NCBI GenBank assembly: GCA_016929135.1
Contig: JAFGJK010000156.1
Location: forward strand, 63,337-127,336
Direction: 5' to 3'
Origin: Spirochaetota bacterium
GTDB lineage: Bacteria; Spirochaetota; UBA4802; UBA5550
DNA length: 64,000 nt
Under the pieces are notes generated by a model that worked only from the letters and a program-made list of their open reading frames with translations, ran no database searches and was not told the origin of the DNA. This document shows, piece after piece, positions 20,370 through 31,648 of this stretch. Numbering within the stretch: the stretch's first letter is position 1; every line of letters starts with the position of its first letter. The translations under genes and the position numbers were made by a program.

Positions 20370-22655
20370 ATGAAACAAATCGCGCAGCTTACACTTCGCA
20401 CATTCACCCGAATATTCCGAACGCCGGATATCAAGTTCGCCTTTCTCTGCGTCATGGTGGTCATCGTCATATCGACATCGCTCCTTGCGATCGACATGAT
20501 CGGGGGGACCTACGAATACAATGTCAGCGATATCGCGCTGGAGGACATCCGCGTCCCCAAGGACATCTATTACGTCAACGAGGATGAGACCAGGATGCGC
20601 CAGATGGTCGCCGGGGAATCCGCGCCTCTGGTCTTCGACAGGGACGCATCGATCATGAATGAAAACCTCGCAATGATCAACATGCTCTTCAACCATGTCG
20701 ATTCCACCATCAAGAGCTTCCCGCCCATCGGGACCGACGACGTGCCCTTTTACATCATGGTAATCAAATCGAAGCTCCCCCAGTATCAGCAGTACAACGA
20801 GGCGATTCTCACTGAGATATTCTCATCACCGAAACCCTCAGATATCAAGCGTGCCGTCATCCAGGCGCTCATGCATTTCTACGACGAGAAGGGGAAGGGG
20901 ATCATCGAAAAGCCCTACGACAACCCGCTGAACATTAAGAATACCGGCGTGATCATCAGATCGATCAATTCGAATGCCACCGATACCGACATTGAGACCA
21001 TCTCTACACTTGAAAACCTGAAAACGATCGATGAGGCCAGGAAGATGATTCCCCGCGTGGCGTTCCAGTTTGCCCATACTATGCCTCAGAAGACGGTGAA
21101 CTCCATTGCTGGCATTGTCCAGTGGCACCTGAAGCCCAACACCAGGTTCAACCAGGAGGAAACGAAGCGCCGAATCGATGAAAAGGTGAAAAACCAGAAG
21201 CCGGTCATGGCGGTCCTGAAAAAGGGGCTGACCCTGGTAAGGGAAGGTGACACCATAACCCCCGAGGTGAAGTTCAGGATCGATATCTTCAACAAACACA
21301 CCCGCTCCACGCACTACGGATACATCTTCGGCGTATTCATCATACAGCTGGTGTTTCTCTTCGTGCTGGGCTTCTTCCTTCTTGACTACAGCTCGACGCT
21401 GATTCCGGATCGCAAGGCGATCATGATCATCTTCACGCTGATCGTCTTTTACCAATTCTACACCTTCTTCATTGCCAGATCGGAGACCCTGATGAATTCC
21501 GATCTCACCTTCGCCCTGGTGCTCCCCATACCCTTCGTGACGATGATCGTATCAATTCTCTATAACACCTATCTCGCGCTTCTGCTGGGCATATACTCCG
21601 TATTCTTCGCGACGATGATCGACGGCGGAAGTCTCTCCACCATGATCATCACCTTCGGCGCCGCCATCCTGGGCGTCTTCATCAACGCGAACGTCACCAG
21701 AAGGACCGATTTCCTCAGGGGCGGCTTTGTCATGGGCCTTGTCAACACCATCGTCATATTCGCGGTGGCGCTCATACAGGAGATCCCCATAGTCCGGGCG
21801 CTGAACAATGTCGTATACGCCTTCGCCAACGGCATCATCAACTCGATACTTGTCCTGGGAATCCTGCCGCTCTACGAGAATGTCTTCGGCATCACGACGA
21901 AATTCAAGCTCCTGGAGCTCTCCGACCTCAATGCCGACATATTCAAGCAGATGCTCCTTGAGGCCCCGGGAACCTACAACCATTCCCTTATCGTATCGAC
22001 CATGGCGGAGACCGCCTGCAAGGATATCAACGCTGACTACATGCTCGCCCGCGTGGGCGCCTTCTACCACGACATCGGCAAGATACCCGACGCGGCGATG
22101 TACATCGAAAACAAGGTGACCGATCCCAGGGCGAAAACCATGAAGCCGAAGGAATACACGAAGCTTATCACCTCGCACGTCGACAAGGGGGTCGAGATCG
22201 CCAGACAGAACATGCTTCCTGAAAACGTGATCGACTTCATCCGTGAGCACCACGGAGAAACCACGATGACCTATTTCTACCACCAGGCGCTGGCGGAGCT
22301 GGACACATCGACACAGGCGGAGACGATCGACAAGAGGGACTTCCAGTACAAGGGACCAAAACCGCACAGCAAGGAGACGGCGGTGGTCATGCTCGCCGAC
22401 GCCATCGAGGCGGCCTCGCGCTCGCTCCAGGAACCCACGAGGGAGAAGCTGCAGGGCATGGTCCGCCGGATCATCTACAACAAGCTCAATGACGGCGAGC
22501 TGGAGATGTCGGACCTCTCCATGACCGAATTGAGGACTATTCAGAACTCCTTTCTGAAGATACTCTACGGCATATTCCACACCAGGATCGAGTATCCGGA
22601 CCAGAAGGACGTGAAGAAACTGGAGAAAAAGGTCATGCCCAATGGCGCTGATTGA
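20370..22655 (+). CDS. 7TM-HD membrane phosphohydrolase (PgpH/YqfF-type HD-domain protein)
   Basis: 761 aa. Extracellular domain plus 7 TM helices, then HD domain ...FYHDIGK...; it sits in the conserved phoH-7TMHD-ybeY gene order. Confidence 0.85.
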   Translation: MKQIAQLTLRTFTRIFRTPDIKFAFLCVMVVIVISTSLLAIDMIGGTYEYNVSDIALEDIRVPKDIYYVNEDETRMRQMVAGESAPLVFDRDASIMNENLAMINMLFNHVDSTIKSFPPIGTDDVPFYIMVIKSKLPQYQQYNEAILTEIFSSPKPSDIKRAVIQALMHFYDEKGKGIIEKPYDNPLNIKNTGVIIRSINSNATDTDIETISTLENLKTIDEARKMIPRVAFQFAHTMPQKTVNSIAGIVQWHLKPNTRFNQEETKRRIDEKVKNQKPVMAVLKKGLTLVREGDTITPEVKFRIDIFNKHTRSTHYGYIFGVFIIQLVFLFVLGFFLLDYSSTLIPDRKAIMIIFTLIVFYQFYTFFIARSETLMNSDLTFALVLPIPFVTMIVSILYNTYLALLLGIYSVFFATMIDGGSLSTMIITFGAAILGVFINANVTRRTDFLRGGFVMGLVNTIVIFAVALIQEIPIVRALNNVVYAFANGIINSILVLGILPLYENVFGITTKFKLLELSDLNADIFKQMLLEAPGTYNHSLIVSTMAETACKDINADYMLARVGAFYHDIGKIPDAAMYIENKVTDPRAKTMKPKEYTKLITSHVDKGVEIARQNMLPENVIDFIREHHGETTMTYFYHQALAELDTSTQAETIDKRDFQYKGPKPHSKETAVVMLADAIEAASRSLQEPTREKLQGMVRRIIYNKLNDGELEMSDLSMTELRTIQNSFLKILYGIFHTRIEYPDQKDVKKLEKKVMPNGAD

Positions 22656-23112
22656 TCTTCAGTGCGAGGGCGTCCGGTTCCCCTTCGGAACATTGAGAAA
22701 AAAGCGGCTCCACCACCTGCTTGTCGCCGCGATCGAACGGCTCTCCCTGACGGACGTATCCCTCACGGTGATCTTCACCGACGACAGGTACATACGAAAA
22801 ATCAACAGAAAATTCAGGGGGAAAGACAGGGCCACCGACGTGATCAGCTTCTGCAACAGGGAGATGCCCTTCCCCTCGGGCGACGAGACGAATGAGGACC
22901 TGGGGGAGATTTACGTCTCACTGGAGCGGGCGAGGATACAGGCCGAGGAGTTCGGGGAGACGCTGGAGCGCGAGGTCGCCAGGCTCCTGGTTCACGGGCT
23001 GTTGCATCTCCTGGGGTATGACCACGAGGGCTCCAAGAGACGCCTGATTGAAATGGAACTGAAGGAGGAGGATCTTCTGGCATCGCTCTCCCCCCGACGA
23101 CCCGAGCATTGA
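22642..23112 (+). CDS. ybeY: rRNA maturation endoribonuclease YbeY
   Basis: Zinc-binding HGLLHLLGYDH motif; the start overlaps the upstream gene by 14 nt. Confidence 0.9.
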   Translation: MALIDLQCEGVRFPFGTLRKKRLHHLLVAAIERLSLTDVSLTVIFTDDRYIRKINRKFRGKDRATDVISFCNREMPFPSGDETNEDLGEIYVSLERARIQAEEFGETLEREVARLLVHGLLHLLGYDHEGSKRRLIEMELKEEDLLASLSPRRPEH

Positions 23113-23133
23113 TGCCGCGGTAAAACCCGACGA

Positions 23134-24885
23134 TCACATCGCGTCTATCTTCGCCAGCATATCTTTCTTCATAGAATCAATCTTCGCCCGGAGCGCAGCC
23201 TGCATCTCCACGAGCGGCGCGCTCCCCACGGCATCGCGAATGCTGAAGTAGAACTTGATCTTCGGTTCAGTTCCCGAAGGCCGCACGGTGATCTTTGATT
23301 CGTCCGTCAGAAAGAACTGCAGCACGTCCGATTTCGGGAGTTCCCGTATGGGGGTCCTCTTCCGCTCGGGGAGGTGCAGGACCTCGAGGTTCTGGATATC
23401 CGCCACCCTGTCGACATCGATGCCGATGAACTGCATCGGCGGCTCATTTCTCAGCGAGGACATGATCTGCTGTATCCGATCGATCCCGTCGCGCCCCTTC
23501 AGCGTCAATGAGAGGAGGTCCTCCATATAAAGACCGTAGGTGCGGTAGATCTCCTCCAGGAAGCCTGCAAGTCGCATCCCCCTGCCGGCGAGCCAGTCTG
23601 CCATCTCGGCGAAAAAATAGCAGGAGCTGACGGCGTCCTTGTCTCTCAGAAAATCAACCGGCAGGTAGCCGTAGCTCTCCTCTCCGCCGAAGAGGAAGCG
23701 AGACCCATCCCCCTCCTCGTGCCGCTTAATCGCCGCGGCGATCCACTTGAATCCGGTGAGTACATCGTCGGTCCGGCACCCGAAGGAATCCGCGATTATC
23801 CGCTGCAGATCCGTGGTGACTATCGTCTTCACCACCACGCCGTTTTCCGGCATTCGTCCCGATTCCCTGAGGCGGGTGAGTATATAATACTCCAGCATCG
23901 TGCCGATCTGGTTGCCGTTTATGAGCACGTATTCCCCCGTCCCGTCCTTGAATCCCACCCCCATCCGGTCGGCGTCGGGATCGGTGGCCAGGATAAGGTC
24001 TGCATCGATCCTCCTTGCAAGATCCAGGGAGAGGGCCAGTGCCTCCTTCTCCTCCGGGTTCGGGTACTTCACGGTGGGGAAGGAGCCGTCGGGCCTGGAC
24101 TGCTCCTCGACCGCCGAGACACGGCCGAAACCGAAATGCGAGAGGACCTCCGGGATGATCCTGTACCCCGTGCCGTGCAGCGGCGTATACACGATGGACA
24201 CGGTCGAGTCACCGACCGGACGATGCGTATATCTCTCGAGCCGGGCTATGTATTTTTCCGTTATATCGTGCCCCAGCACCGTGATAAGCCCGGATTTCAC
24301 GGCGTCGTCGAAGTCGGTCCGCCTGATCGAGCCGACATCGTCCACACGCTTCACCTCGTCTATGATGTTCGCATCGTGAGGGGGGATCACCTGGCCGCCG
24401 TCGTCCCAGTAGACCTTGTAGCCGTTGTAGTCCGAGGGATTGTGGCTCGCCGTGACAACCACGCCGGAAATCGCCCCCAGCTCCCGCACCGCGAAGGATG
24501 CGATGGGGGTCGGGGTGATGTCCTCGAAGATATAGACCCTGATTCCATTGCCGGCAAGAACCTCGGCGGTGATGTGGGCAAATAGGTCCGACATTCTCCT
24601 GGAATCCCTGGCGATCACGACCCCCCTGGGAGCACCCTCCGCCTTCAGTATATAGTTGGCGAGTCCCTGCGTCGCCATTCCCACCGTGTAGAGGTTCATG
24701 CGGTTGGTCCCCGCCCCGATGATCCCCCTGAGTCCGCCGGTACCGAACTCCAATGTCTGGAAAAACCTGTCCTCCAGCTCTTTCTCGTCACCGGACCTCA
24801 CGAGGCCCTCTATCTCCTCTATGGTCTCCCTGTCGTAGGGGCCCTTCGTCCATTCATCGATGCGTTTACGTATCAGATCGTTCAT
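23134..24885 (-). CDS. Phosphoglucomutase/phosphomannomutase (alpha-D-phosphohexomutase, PgcA-like)
   Basis: Active-site TASHNPSDYNGYKV, metal loop ATDPDADRMG, and GEESYG sugar-binding loop. The start is placed at MNDLIRKRIDEW (ATG 24885); the longer ORF N-terminus is probably spurious. Confidence 0.85.
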   Translation of the reverse strand: MNDLIRKRIDEWTKGPYDRETIEEIEGLVRSGDEKELEDRFFQTLEFGTGGLRGIIGAGTNRMNLYTVGMATQGLANYILKAEGAPRGVVIARDSRRMSDLFAHITAEVLAGNGIRVYIFEDITPTPIASFAVRELGAISGVVVTASHNPSDYNGYKVYWDDGGQVIPPHDANIIDEVKRVDDVGSIRRTDFDDAVKSGLITVLGHDITEKYIARLERYTHRPVGDSTVSIVYTPLHGTGYRIIPEVLSHFGFGRVSAVEEQSRPDGSFPTVKYPNPEEKEALALSLDLARRIDADLILATDPDADRMGVGFKDGTGEYVLINGNQIGTMLEYYILTRLRESGRMPENGVVVKTIVTTDLQRIIADSFGCRTDDVLTGFKWIAAAIKRHEEGDGSRFLFGGEESYGYLPVDFLRDKDAVSSCYFFAEMADWLAGRGMRLAGFLEEIYRTYGLYMEDLLSLTLKGRDGIDRIQQIMSSLRNEPPMQFIGIDVDRVADIQNLEVLHLPERKRTPIRELPKSDVLQFFLTDESKITVRPSGTEPKIKFYFSIRDAVGSAPLVEMQAALRAKIDSMKKDMLAKIDAM

Positions 24886-25033
24886 GACGCCTCCCGCCAC
24901 TCCCAGGCCTACCGCCAAGCGAAATAAAAATGTTGCTACCGCCGCGCGGAGGTATATGATTGGCACAGAAGGTGGATATTTGCAATCCTTTTTGAAAAAA
25001 TTAATCCCGGTGATGGGCTCCATCAGGTGATTC

Positions 25034-26488
25034 ATGAAACCTCAGGATGTGCAGCGAAGAGTACTGTCCTTCATGAAATCCAACGGCCTGGTGGCAGCCG
25101 GTGCTCGGCTGCTCCTCTCGGTCTCAGCCGGAAAGGACTCCATGGCCATGGTACATCTGCTCTCCGGAATGGCGAAGGGCCTTGATATAACCCTCTCCCT
25201 GTTCCACCTGAACCACATGGCCAGGGGGGCCGAATCAGACGGGGACGAGGCATTCCTGAGGGGACTAACGGAGACGATGGGGATGCGTCTCCACGCTGAA
25301 CGCTTCGATGTCAGATACCTGAGGCCCAAGGGAGTCTCCTTTGAGGAGCATGCGCGGGAGGTGCGATACCGTATGCTGCAGGAGACCGCCGCACGGGAAG
25401 GGTACACCCTGATCGCCACCGCCCATACCAGGAGCGACGACATCGAAACCATGCTGATGCGGCTTTTTACCGGCACCGGCATCCACGGCCTCACGGGCAT
25501 ACCGGCCAGGCGGGGCAACATCATCAGGCCGCTCCTCTGCCTCTGCTCAGAGGATGTGCGGGCGTACCTGGAGGGACAGGAGATTCCCTGGCGCGACGAC
25601 AGCACGAACGCAGATCCGATGTACACCAGAAACTATATCCGACACGAGCTGGTGCCGCGCATTGCCGCCGTCTTTCCGGGTTTCCGGGAGGCTATGACGG
25701 GAACGAAGCATATCGCCCGGGAGACGCTCATTCTTTTGGATTCCCTGATCGTGCGGGATCTGGGGCTAGATATGCAGTGCGACGGACAATCCTTCGAGGC
25801 GGAGGCGGCGCCGCTCTGCGCCGACAGGGCACTCTTTCACCACGTGATCGCCGCGGCGCTGAGACGGGGCTTCGGCCAGTTCCCCTCCAGGAGGCGGCTC
25901 GATGAGATCTGGCGACGCGCCACTTCACAAAAATCGAACCTCCTGCTCTACGAAAACGCCGGGGTGGTGATCAGAAAAACATACCGGAAGGGGAGGGGGG
26001 TCATCACCATGGAGCGGCCGCTGCCGCGGCCCCTTCAGACGGCCTGGGAATATCCGGTGCGATTCGATCCCTCCGGGAAATGCACGGTATTCATCAGGGA
26101 GCTGGGATTACGCGTCTCCCTCTCCTTCAGGGACCACGCATCCTTCCTGGAGGAGTACCGCAGGGGCGGCATCGTGTTCGTACAGGTCCCCGACGAGAAG
26201 GCCTCGATCACCATCAGGAACAGACGCTATGGAGACCGTATCGCCCTCGAATCGGGCACGAAAAAAATTAAGGATTTTTTTATCGAAAAGAAACTTGACA
26301 ATGAAATGAAGCCTTGTGTTCCTCTCCTTATTGTGGATGACGAGATAGCCGCAGTTATGCCGGGGTTCCTGTGTGAGATGACGAATCGCGTCTCCCGCCT
26401 CTTTTCGGTACGGGATAATTCGAAAAAAGTCCTTGCTATTGCGTTGAAAAATCATTACACTATGAATACGAATACGACCTTGCCATGA
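25034..26488 (+). CDS. tilS: tRNA(Ile)-lysidine synthetase
   Basis: PP-loop motif SAGKDSMAM and the TilS N-type ATP pyrophosphatase fold; conserved position upstream of ftsH. Confidence 0.9.
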   Translation: MKPQDVQRRVLSFMKSNGLVAAGARLLLSVSAGKDSMAMVHLLSGMAKGLDITLSLFHLNHMARGAESDGDEAFLRGLTETMGMRLHAERFDVRYLRPKGVSFEEHAREVRYRMLQETAAREGYTLIATAHTRSDDIETMLMRLFTGTGIHGLTGIPARRGNIIRPLLCLCSEDVRAYLEGQEIPWRDDSTNADPMYTRNYIRHELVPRIAAVFPGFREAMTGTKHIARETLILLDSLIVRDLGLDMQCDGQSFEAEAAPLCADRALFHHVIAAALRRGFGQFPSRRRLDEIWRRATSQKSNLLLYENAGVVIRKTYRKGRGVITMERPLPRPLQTAWEYPVRFDPSGKCTVFIRELGLRVSLSFRDHASFLEEYRRGGIVFVQVPDEKASITIRNRRYGDRIALESGTKKIKDFFIEKKLDNEMKPCVPLLIVDDEIAAVMPGFLCEMTNRVSRLFSVRDNSKKVLAIALKNHYTMNTNTTLP

Positions 26489-26552
26489 CCCCCGTGCCGG
26501 AGACTATCAGTGGACAGTTGTATTTTTTGATGATGCCAACGAGGAGTGATGC

Positions 26553-28499
26553 ATGAATAAAACGGCCAAACAGATAGCACTCATAATGCTTATCTTTATT
26601 CTTATAATCGCGATCTTCCGCCTGAAGCAGCCCGACGAGGAGAACAGGGCGATACAGTACAGCGAGTTCATCAAGCGTGTAAAGAGCAAGGAGATCGACA
26701 AGATCACCATCGAAAACGGGAAGCGCATTCTGATCTATTCCAAGGACAGGAAAATACAGAAGGTGCAGAACCCCTTCACCAAGTCGGTATCGACGAAGGA
26801 CGATCCAGACGCGGAGACCATTATCCCCTACGAAGACCCGGAGCTGATCAGGATGCTGGTATCCAACGGCATAAGCGTCGAGGGGCGCGAGGACGACGAC
26901 AACACAATCCTTAAACACGTCCTGAGCTTCCTCCCCTGGATCTTCTTCTTCGGGATAATATGGTTTATCATGATACGGCAGATCCAGTCAACCGGGAACA
27001 AGGCCCTCTCCTTCGGCAAGAGCCGTGCGAAGCTGAATCCTGAATCCAAGACGAAGGTAACCTTCCAGGATGTCGCCGGCGTGGAGGAGGCGAAGGAGGA
27101 GCTGAACGAGGTGGTGGAATTCCTTAAGGAGCCGAAGAAGTTTATCAACATCGGCGCGAAGATACCCAAGGGTGTGCTCCTTATTGGGCCTCCCGGTACC
27201 GGCAAGACCCTGCTGGCCAGGGCGATCGCGGGAGAGGCGGGGGTGCCCTTCTTCTCAATCAGCGGATCTGATTTCGTGGAGATGTTCGTCGGCGTCGGCG
27301 CCTCCAGGGTGCGCGACCTCTTCGACCAGGGGAAGAAGAACGCTCCCTGCATCATCTTCATCGACGAGATCGATGCCGTTGGCCGCCTCAGGGGTGCTGG
27401 CCTCGGCGGCGGACACGACGAACGCGAACAGACCCTGAACCAGCTCCTCGTGGAGATGGACGGGTTCGAGACCAACGAGGGGGTCATCATCATCGCCGCC
27501 ACGAACAGGCCTGACGTTCTCGACCCGGCGCTGCTTCGCCCGGGCCGTTTCGATCGCCAGGTTGTGGTCGACATTCCCGACGTAAAGGGGAGGGAAAAAA
27601 TCCTGGCGGTCCATTCGAAGAAGATACCGCTCTCCAGGGACGTTGATCTCTCGATGATCGCGCGGGGCACGCCGGGATTCACCGGCGCGGACCTGGCGAA
27701 CCTGGTGAATGAAGGGGCGCTCCTGGCGGCCCGCCGGGGCAAAAAGCGGGTCACCATGCTGGAGATGGAGGACGCCAAGGACAAGGTGATGATGGGCCCT
27801 GAGCGCCGCTCCATGCTGATATCGGAGCAGGAGAAGGAGGTGATCGCATACCACGAATCGGGGCACACGATCCTGGGATTCCTCACCGGCGCGGACCCGG
27901 TGCACAAGGTCACTATTATCCCGCGGGGCAGGGCGCTGGGCCTCACCATGCAGATACCTGCCGAGGACCGGCACATCCACTCATTCCAGTACTGGCTGAA
28001 CCAGATCGTGAACCTCTTCGGCGGTCACATCGCGGAGGAGATCAAGTTCAAGGAGGTATCAACCGGCTCGAGCAACGACCTCTCCAGGGCATCGGACATC
28101 GCCAGAAAAATGGTCTGCGAGTGGGGGATGAGCAAGAAGCTGGGGCCGATAACCTTTGGCAAGAAAAACGAACAGATCTTCCTGGGACGCGAGATATCGC
28201 AGCACCGGGACTACAGCGAAAATACCGCGAAGATGATCGATGACGAGGTCAGCTCCATAATTGAAAACTGCAGGAAGGAAGCCGTCCGCCTCCTGAAAAC
28301 GAACATGGACAAGTTTGAAAACATGGCTAAGTATCTCATGGAGCGGGAGACGCTGAATTCGACGGAAATCACCTTGATAATGAACGGGGAGAAGCTGCCG
28401 CCGATACAGATGGCGACGGGGGACAAAAACGGAAGAACCAGGGTCGAGGGGAAGAAGGAGCTGAAGTCGAAGGAGCCGATCACTGCGGAAGAGGTGTAA
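26553..28499 (+). CDS. ftsH: ATP-dependent zinc metalloprotease FtsH
   Basis: N-terminal TM helix, Walker [19 protein letters not shown], second region of homology, and HEXXH motif HESGHTILG. Confidence 0.97.
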   Translation: MNKTAKQIALIMLIFILIIAIFRLKQPDEENRAIQYSEFIKRVKSKEIDKITIENGKRILIYSKDRKIQKVQNPFTKSVSTKDDPDAETIIPYEDPELIRMLVSNGISVEGREDDDNTILKHVLSFLPWIFFFGIIWFIMIRQIQSTGNKALSFGKSRAKLNPESKTKVTFQDVAGVEEAKEELNEVVEFLKEPKKFINIGAKIPKGVLLIGPPGTGKTLLARAIAGEAGVPFFSISGSDFVEMFVGVGASRVRDLFDQGKKNAPCIIFIDEIDAVGRLRGAGLGGGHDEREQTLNQLLVEMDGFETNEGVIIIAATNRPDVLDPALLRPGRFDRQVVVDIPDVKGREKILAVHSKKIPLSRDVDLSMIARGTPGFTGADLANLVNEGALLAARRGKKRVTMLEMEDAKDKVMMGPERRSMLISEQEKEVIAYHESGHTILGFLTGADPVHKVTIIPRGRALGLTMQIPAEDRHIHSFQYWLNQIVNLFGGHIAEEIKFKEVSTGSSNDLSRASDIARKMVCEWGMSKKLGPITFGKKNEQIFLGREISQHRDYSENTAKMIDDEVSSIIENCRKEAVRLLKTNMDKFENMAKYLMERETLNSTEITLIMNGEKLPPIQMATGDKNGRTRVEGKKELKSKEPITAEEV

Positions 28500-28529
28500 T
28501 CTTCGAAATCAACAAGCGGCAGGGACCGA

Positions 28530-29516
28530 ATGGACGATATCGATGCGCTTCTCAGCAACGTTGACGATGCGGACACCCATGACTACGAGAGGATAATCAG
28601 GGAGGGTATCGCTTCCGAGGGAGAAGACCATCCATCGCCGCCGGAGGCCACGCCTGCCGCAGAGGGGAGCGATGGCACACCGGCTGCGGGACAGGAGCCG
28701 CCGGATGCAATAACAGAAGAGCTGCCGGCGGCTGCCGAGCCGATCCCGACGGCCGTGCCGGAAGCCGTTGAGCCGGAATCCGGACAGGTCCAGGACATCC
28801 CCTGGAGCGTGCGCGGCACGAGGCCCTGGAACACCAGGGAACCCTACATCCTGCCGCTTACACCAGAATATCTTCAGAGGGAAAAGAAATACCTGCGATC
28901 CTCCTTCTACTTCATCAAGGAGTGGACGGGAGACGATGCCCTGAAGGAGGCCATCAGGGAACACCTCCTGCAGTTCATACGAAAACCCTCGCAGACCATT
29001 CAGCCGGAACTGGAGCACTTCATCTATACCACGCTGATCGACGAAAACCAGAAGGTCCTGTCCCTGTTCCAGTTCACCGGAGAAACGGGACACCTCTTTT
29101 TATACCACTGCGGCCCCATGACCGTCTACAGGATGATCCTGTCGCTGCTGCAGCACAGGAAGTGCGGATACTGTTACCGCCTCGAGCCGGGGAACAGATC
29201 AGTCCGTTTCTTCCCGGAGGAATTCATCAAGGAGAAGGTCCTCGGCTGGTTCGAGGAAAACATCAACAAACTGAACCTCCCCTTCGACAGCATCCAGCAC
29301 CTCAACGACATCAAGAACACCGTGGCCAAGAAGTATTCAATCGACGTAAGGCGATTCAATCATACGGTCGAACAGATCAACATGAAGCTCGGACAGGACA
29401 AGCGCATCAACAGGGACAAGCTGCTCAGCCACAAGGGTGAGGAGTTGTTCGGGCTCTCTGCAATCGAGGTATACAAGCGTTTCATCGAACGCACCATCTT
29501 TCACCGCGCCCAGTGA
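28530..29516 (+). CDS. Hypothetical protein with acidic Pro/Ala/Glu-rich N-terminal low-complexity region
   Basis: 328-aa ORF 30 nt after ftsH. The N-terminal ~95 aa (..PSPPEATPAAEGSDGTPAAGQEPPDAITEELPAAAEPIPTAVPEAVEPES..) are low complexity. The C-terminal ~230 aa are globular and match no family I recognise. Confidence 0.55.
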   Translation: MDDIDALLSNVDDADTHDYERIIREGIASEGEDHPSPPEATPAAEGSDGTPAAGQEPPDAITEELPAAAEPIPTAVPEAVEPESGQVQDIPWSVRGTRPWNTREPYILPLTPEYLQREKKYLRSSFYFIKEWTGDDALKEAIREHLLQFIRKPSQTIQPELEHFIYTTLIDENQKVLSLFQFTGETGHLFLYHCGPMTVYRMILSLLQHRKCGYCYRLEPGNRSVRFFPEEFIKEKVLGWFEENINKLNLPFDSIQHLNDIKNTVAKKYSIDVRRFNHTVEQINMKLGQDKRINRDKLLSHKGEELFGLSAIEVYKRFIERTIFHRAQ

Positions 29517-29554
29517 ACGTACCAGCGTAGAAACCCTGTCGGAGGCTGCTTCAG

Positions 29555-31648
29555 CTATGTCAGGAGGGAGAGTATTCTCTTCATCCTCATGCCCTTGAGC
29601 GCCGAGGAGCCGCTCTCCATCCCGCGGAGCATCTCCTCCGCATCACCGTTGAACGCCGCTGCCGCCGCCTCCTCCCTGGCGCTGACGATGAGATCGTAAT
29701 CCCTGCCGAGATCGGCGAATTCAAAGCCGCTCTCCCTGCCGTGCTGCCGCACGCCGAGAAATTCGCCGGCCCCGCGGATCTTCAGGTCTTCCTCGGCGAT
29801 GATGAAACCGTCATCATTGGCAACGAGTATGTCGATCCTCCTTCTTGCATCTTCCTGTATGTCGTCAGGATAGATCAGCACGCAGAACGACTGGTGCGAT
29901 CCCCGTCCCACCCTGCCGCGGAGCTGATGGAGCTGCGAGAGTCCGAAGCGCTCGGCATGCTCGATGACAATCACCGCCGCGTTGGCCACGTCTATCCCCA
30001 CTTCGATCACGGTCGTCGTGACCAGTATATCGGTGGTCCCCCCGGTGAACCCCTCCATGATCCTGTCCTTCTCCTCCTGTTTCATCCTGCCGTGCAGGAG
30101 GGCTATCCGCCGCTTCGGGAATATCTCACTGGTCATCCGCCCGTAGACCTCCTTCGCCGACTTCAGGTCCACCCTCTCGGATTCCTCGATAAGCGGCAGC
30201 ACGTAGTAGATCTGGCGCCCCTGGTCGATATAGCGGTCGATGGAACGGTACACACCGGGAAGCCGAGATTCAGGAAATGACATGGTCTTCACCGGAATCC
30301 GGTTTGCGGGCTTCTGACGGATCACCGACAGATCCAGATCGCCGTATATTGTCAGCGACAGCGATCGTGGTATGGGGGTTGCGGTCATCACCAGCAGATC
30401 TGAAAAACTCCCCTTGTCCCGCAGTGCCGCCCTCTGAACGACCCCGAACCGGTGCTGCTCGTCGATGATAATCAGCCCCAGATTCCTGAACTCCACGCCC
30501 CCCTGGATGAGAGCATGGGTCCCCACCACAAGGCCGATGCTCCCCTCGGCGAGTCCGCGGTACACGCGGTTCCGTTCATCGGCATCGGTGCTCCCCGTCA
30601 GGATCGCGATGGGCACATCCCCCCCCAGGATTTCACGGGCCGTTGCATAATGCTGCGATGCCAGGATCTCCGTGGGGGCCATCAGTGCCGCCTGGTGACC
30701 GCGCCCCATGGCGATGCATACAGCCAGAAGCGCAACAACCGTCTTTCCGGAGCCCACGTCCCCCTGGAGCATGCGGTTCATGGGAACCGGAGAGCACATG
30801 TCGCCCCGGACCTCCTCAATCGCCTTCCTCTGATCCTCCGTCAGTGAAAAGGGGAGCCGACGCACCACAGATTCGAAGATCCCTGTCTCGGTTGTGATCG
30901 TCCGTATGCCGGCCTCTTCACTTGCGGCACGGCGGCTCAGGGTGAGATAAAACTGCAGGAAGAACAGCTCGTTGAAGGCGATCCTCCTTCTGGCAGATTC
31001 AACCATGTCGATACTCTCGGGGAAATGTATCGACACCAGTGCGTCCCGGAGGCCCATCAGATTATGTCGTATCAATAGCGACGGTTCCAGAGGTTCGATT
31101 ATCGAATCCGCACACAGGTCGATGGCCTGACGGATGATCCTCCTGAACCCCCTGGAATCGAATCCCGCGGCACCGAGGGACTCAGAGGATCGGTAGAGTG
31201 GGACAATCCTGCCGGTGTTTATCGCGCTGATGGAGGAGGTGTTCGAGGCGGCATCAAAAAAATCAAAATCGGGGTGCACCATCTGCTTCGTCTTGTAGAA
31301 GGATATCTTACCTGAGAAACAGACCTGGTCCCCCTCGTTGAACAGCCTCTGGAAATACTGGACCCCGCCGAAGAAGATGCCAGTTATGGTATCGGTGCCA
31401 TCATCAACGGTGACCTCCATGAACCTCCGGCTCCTCCCCGCAACGCGTGTATTCCGGACGGTGCCGATGACGGTCACCGCCTCGTTCACGAAACAATCGC
31501 TGATGGACTTTATCGATGACCTGTCCAGGTATCTCCTGGGCCTGAAGTAGAAGAGATCCTCTATGGTCTCGATCCCCACCTCCTGTGCCAGTACCGAGGC
31601 CCGCTTCGGGCCTATCCCCTTCAGTTTGCCGACACTCTCCTGCAGCAC
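29555..31648 (-). CDS. recG: ATP-dependent DNA helicase RecG
   Basis: Wedge domain; helicase motif I GDVGSGKT, motif II IIDEQHRFGV, and motif VI QLRGRVGRG. Confidence 0.95.
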   Translation of the reverse strand: MLQESVGKLKGIGPKRASVLAQEVGIETIEDLFYFRPRRYLDRSSIKSISDCFVNEAVTVIGTVRNTRVAGRSRRFMEVTVDDGTDTITGIFFGGVQYFQRLFNEGDQVCFSGKISFYKTKQMVHPDFDFFDAASNTSSISAINTGRIVPLYRSSESLGAAGFDSRGFRRIIRQAIDLCADSIIEPLEPSLLIRHNLMGLRDALVSIHFPESIDMVESARRRIAFNELFFLQFYLTLSRRAASEEAGIRTITTETGIFESVVRRLPFSLTEDQRKAIEEVRGDMCSPVPMNRMLQGDVGSGKTVVALLAVCIAMGRGHQAALMAPTEILASQHYATAREILGGDVPIAILTGSTDADERNRVYRGLAEGSIGLVVGTHALIQGGVEFRNLGLIIIDEQHRFGVVQRAALRDKGSFSDLLVMTATPIPRSLSLTIYGDLDLSVIRQKPANRIPVKTMSFPESRLPGVYRSIDRYIDQGRQIYYVLPLIEESERVDLKSAKEVYGRMTSEIFPKRRIALLHGRMKQEEKDRIMEGFTGGTTDILVTTTVIEVGIDVANAAVIVIEHAERFGLSQLHQLRGRVGRGSHQSFCVLIYPDDIQEDARRRIDILVANDDGFIIAEEDLKIRGAGEFLGVRQHGRESGFEFADLGRDYDLIVSAREEAAAAAFNGDAEEMLRGMESGSSALKGMRMKRILSLLT

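Noticed and set aside
23134-25035. Long N-terminal extensions of the phosphoglucomutase ORF (and similarly of 59390..60175, 56957..58435 and 60233..61282)
   Set aside because: The conserved protein N-termini begin at internal start codons (MNDLIRKR, MIQKLG, MEIGRS, GTG-VKTVRIG). The upstream in-frame stretches lack conservation and, where I could check, an RBS, so the shorter coordinates were used.
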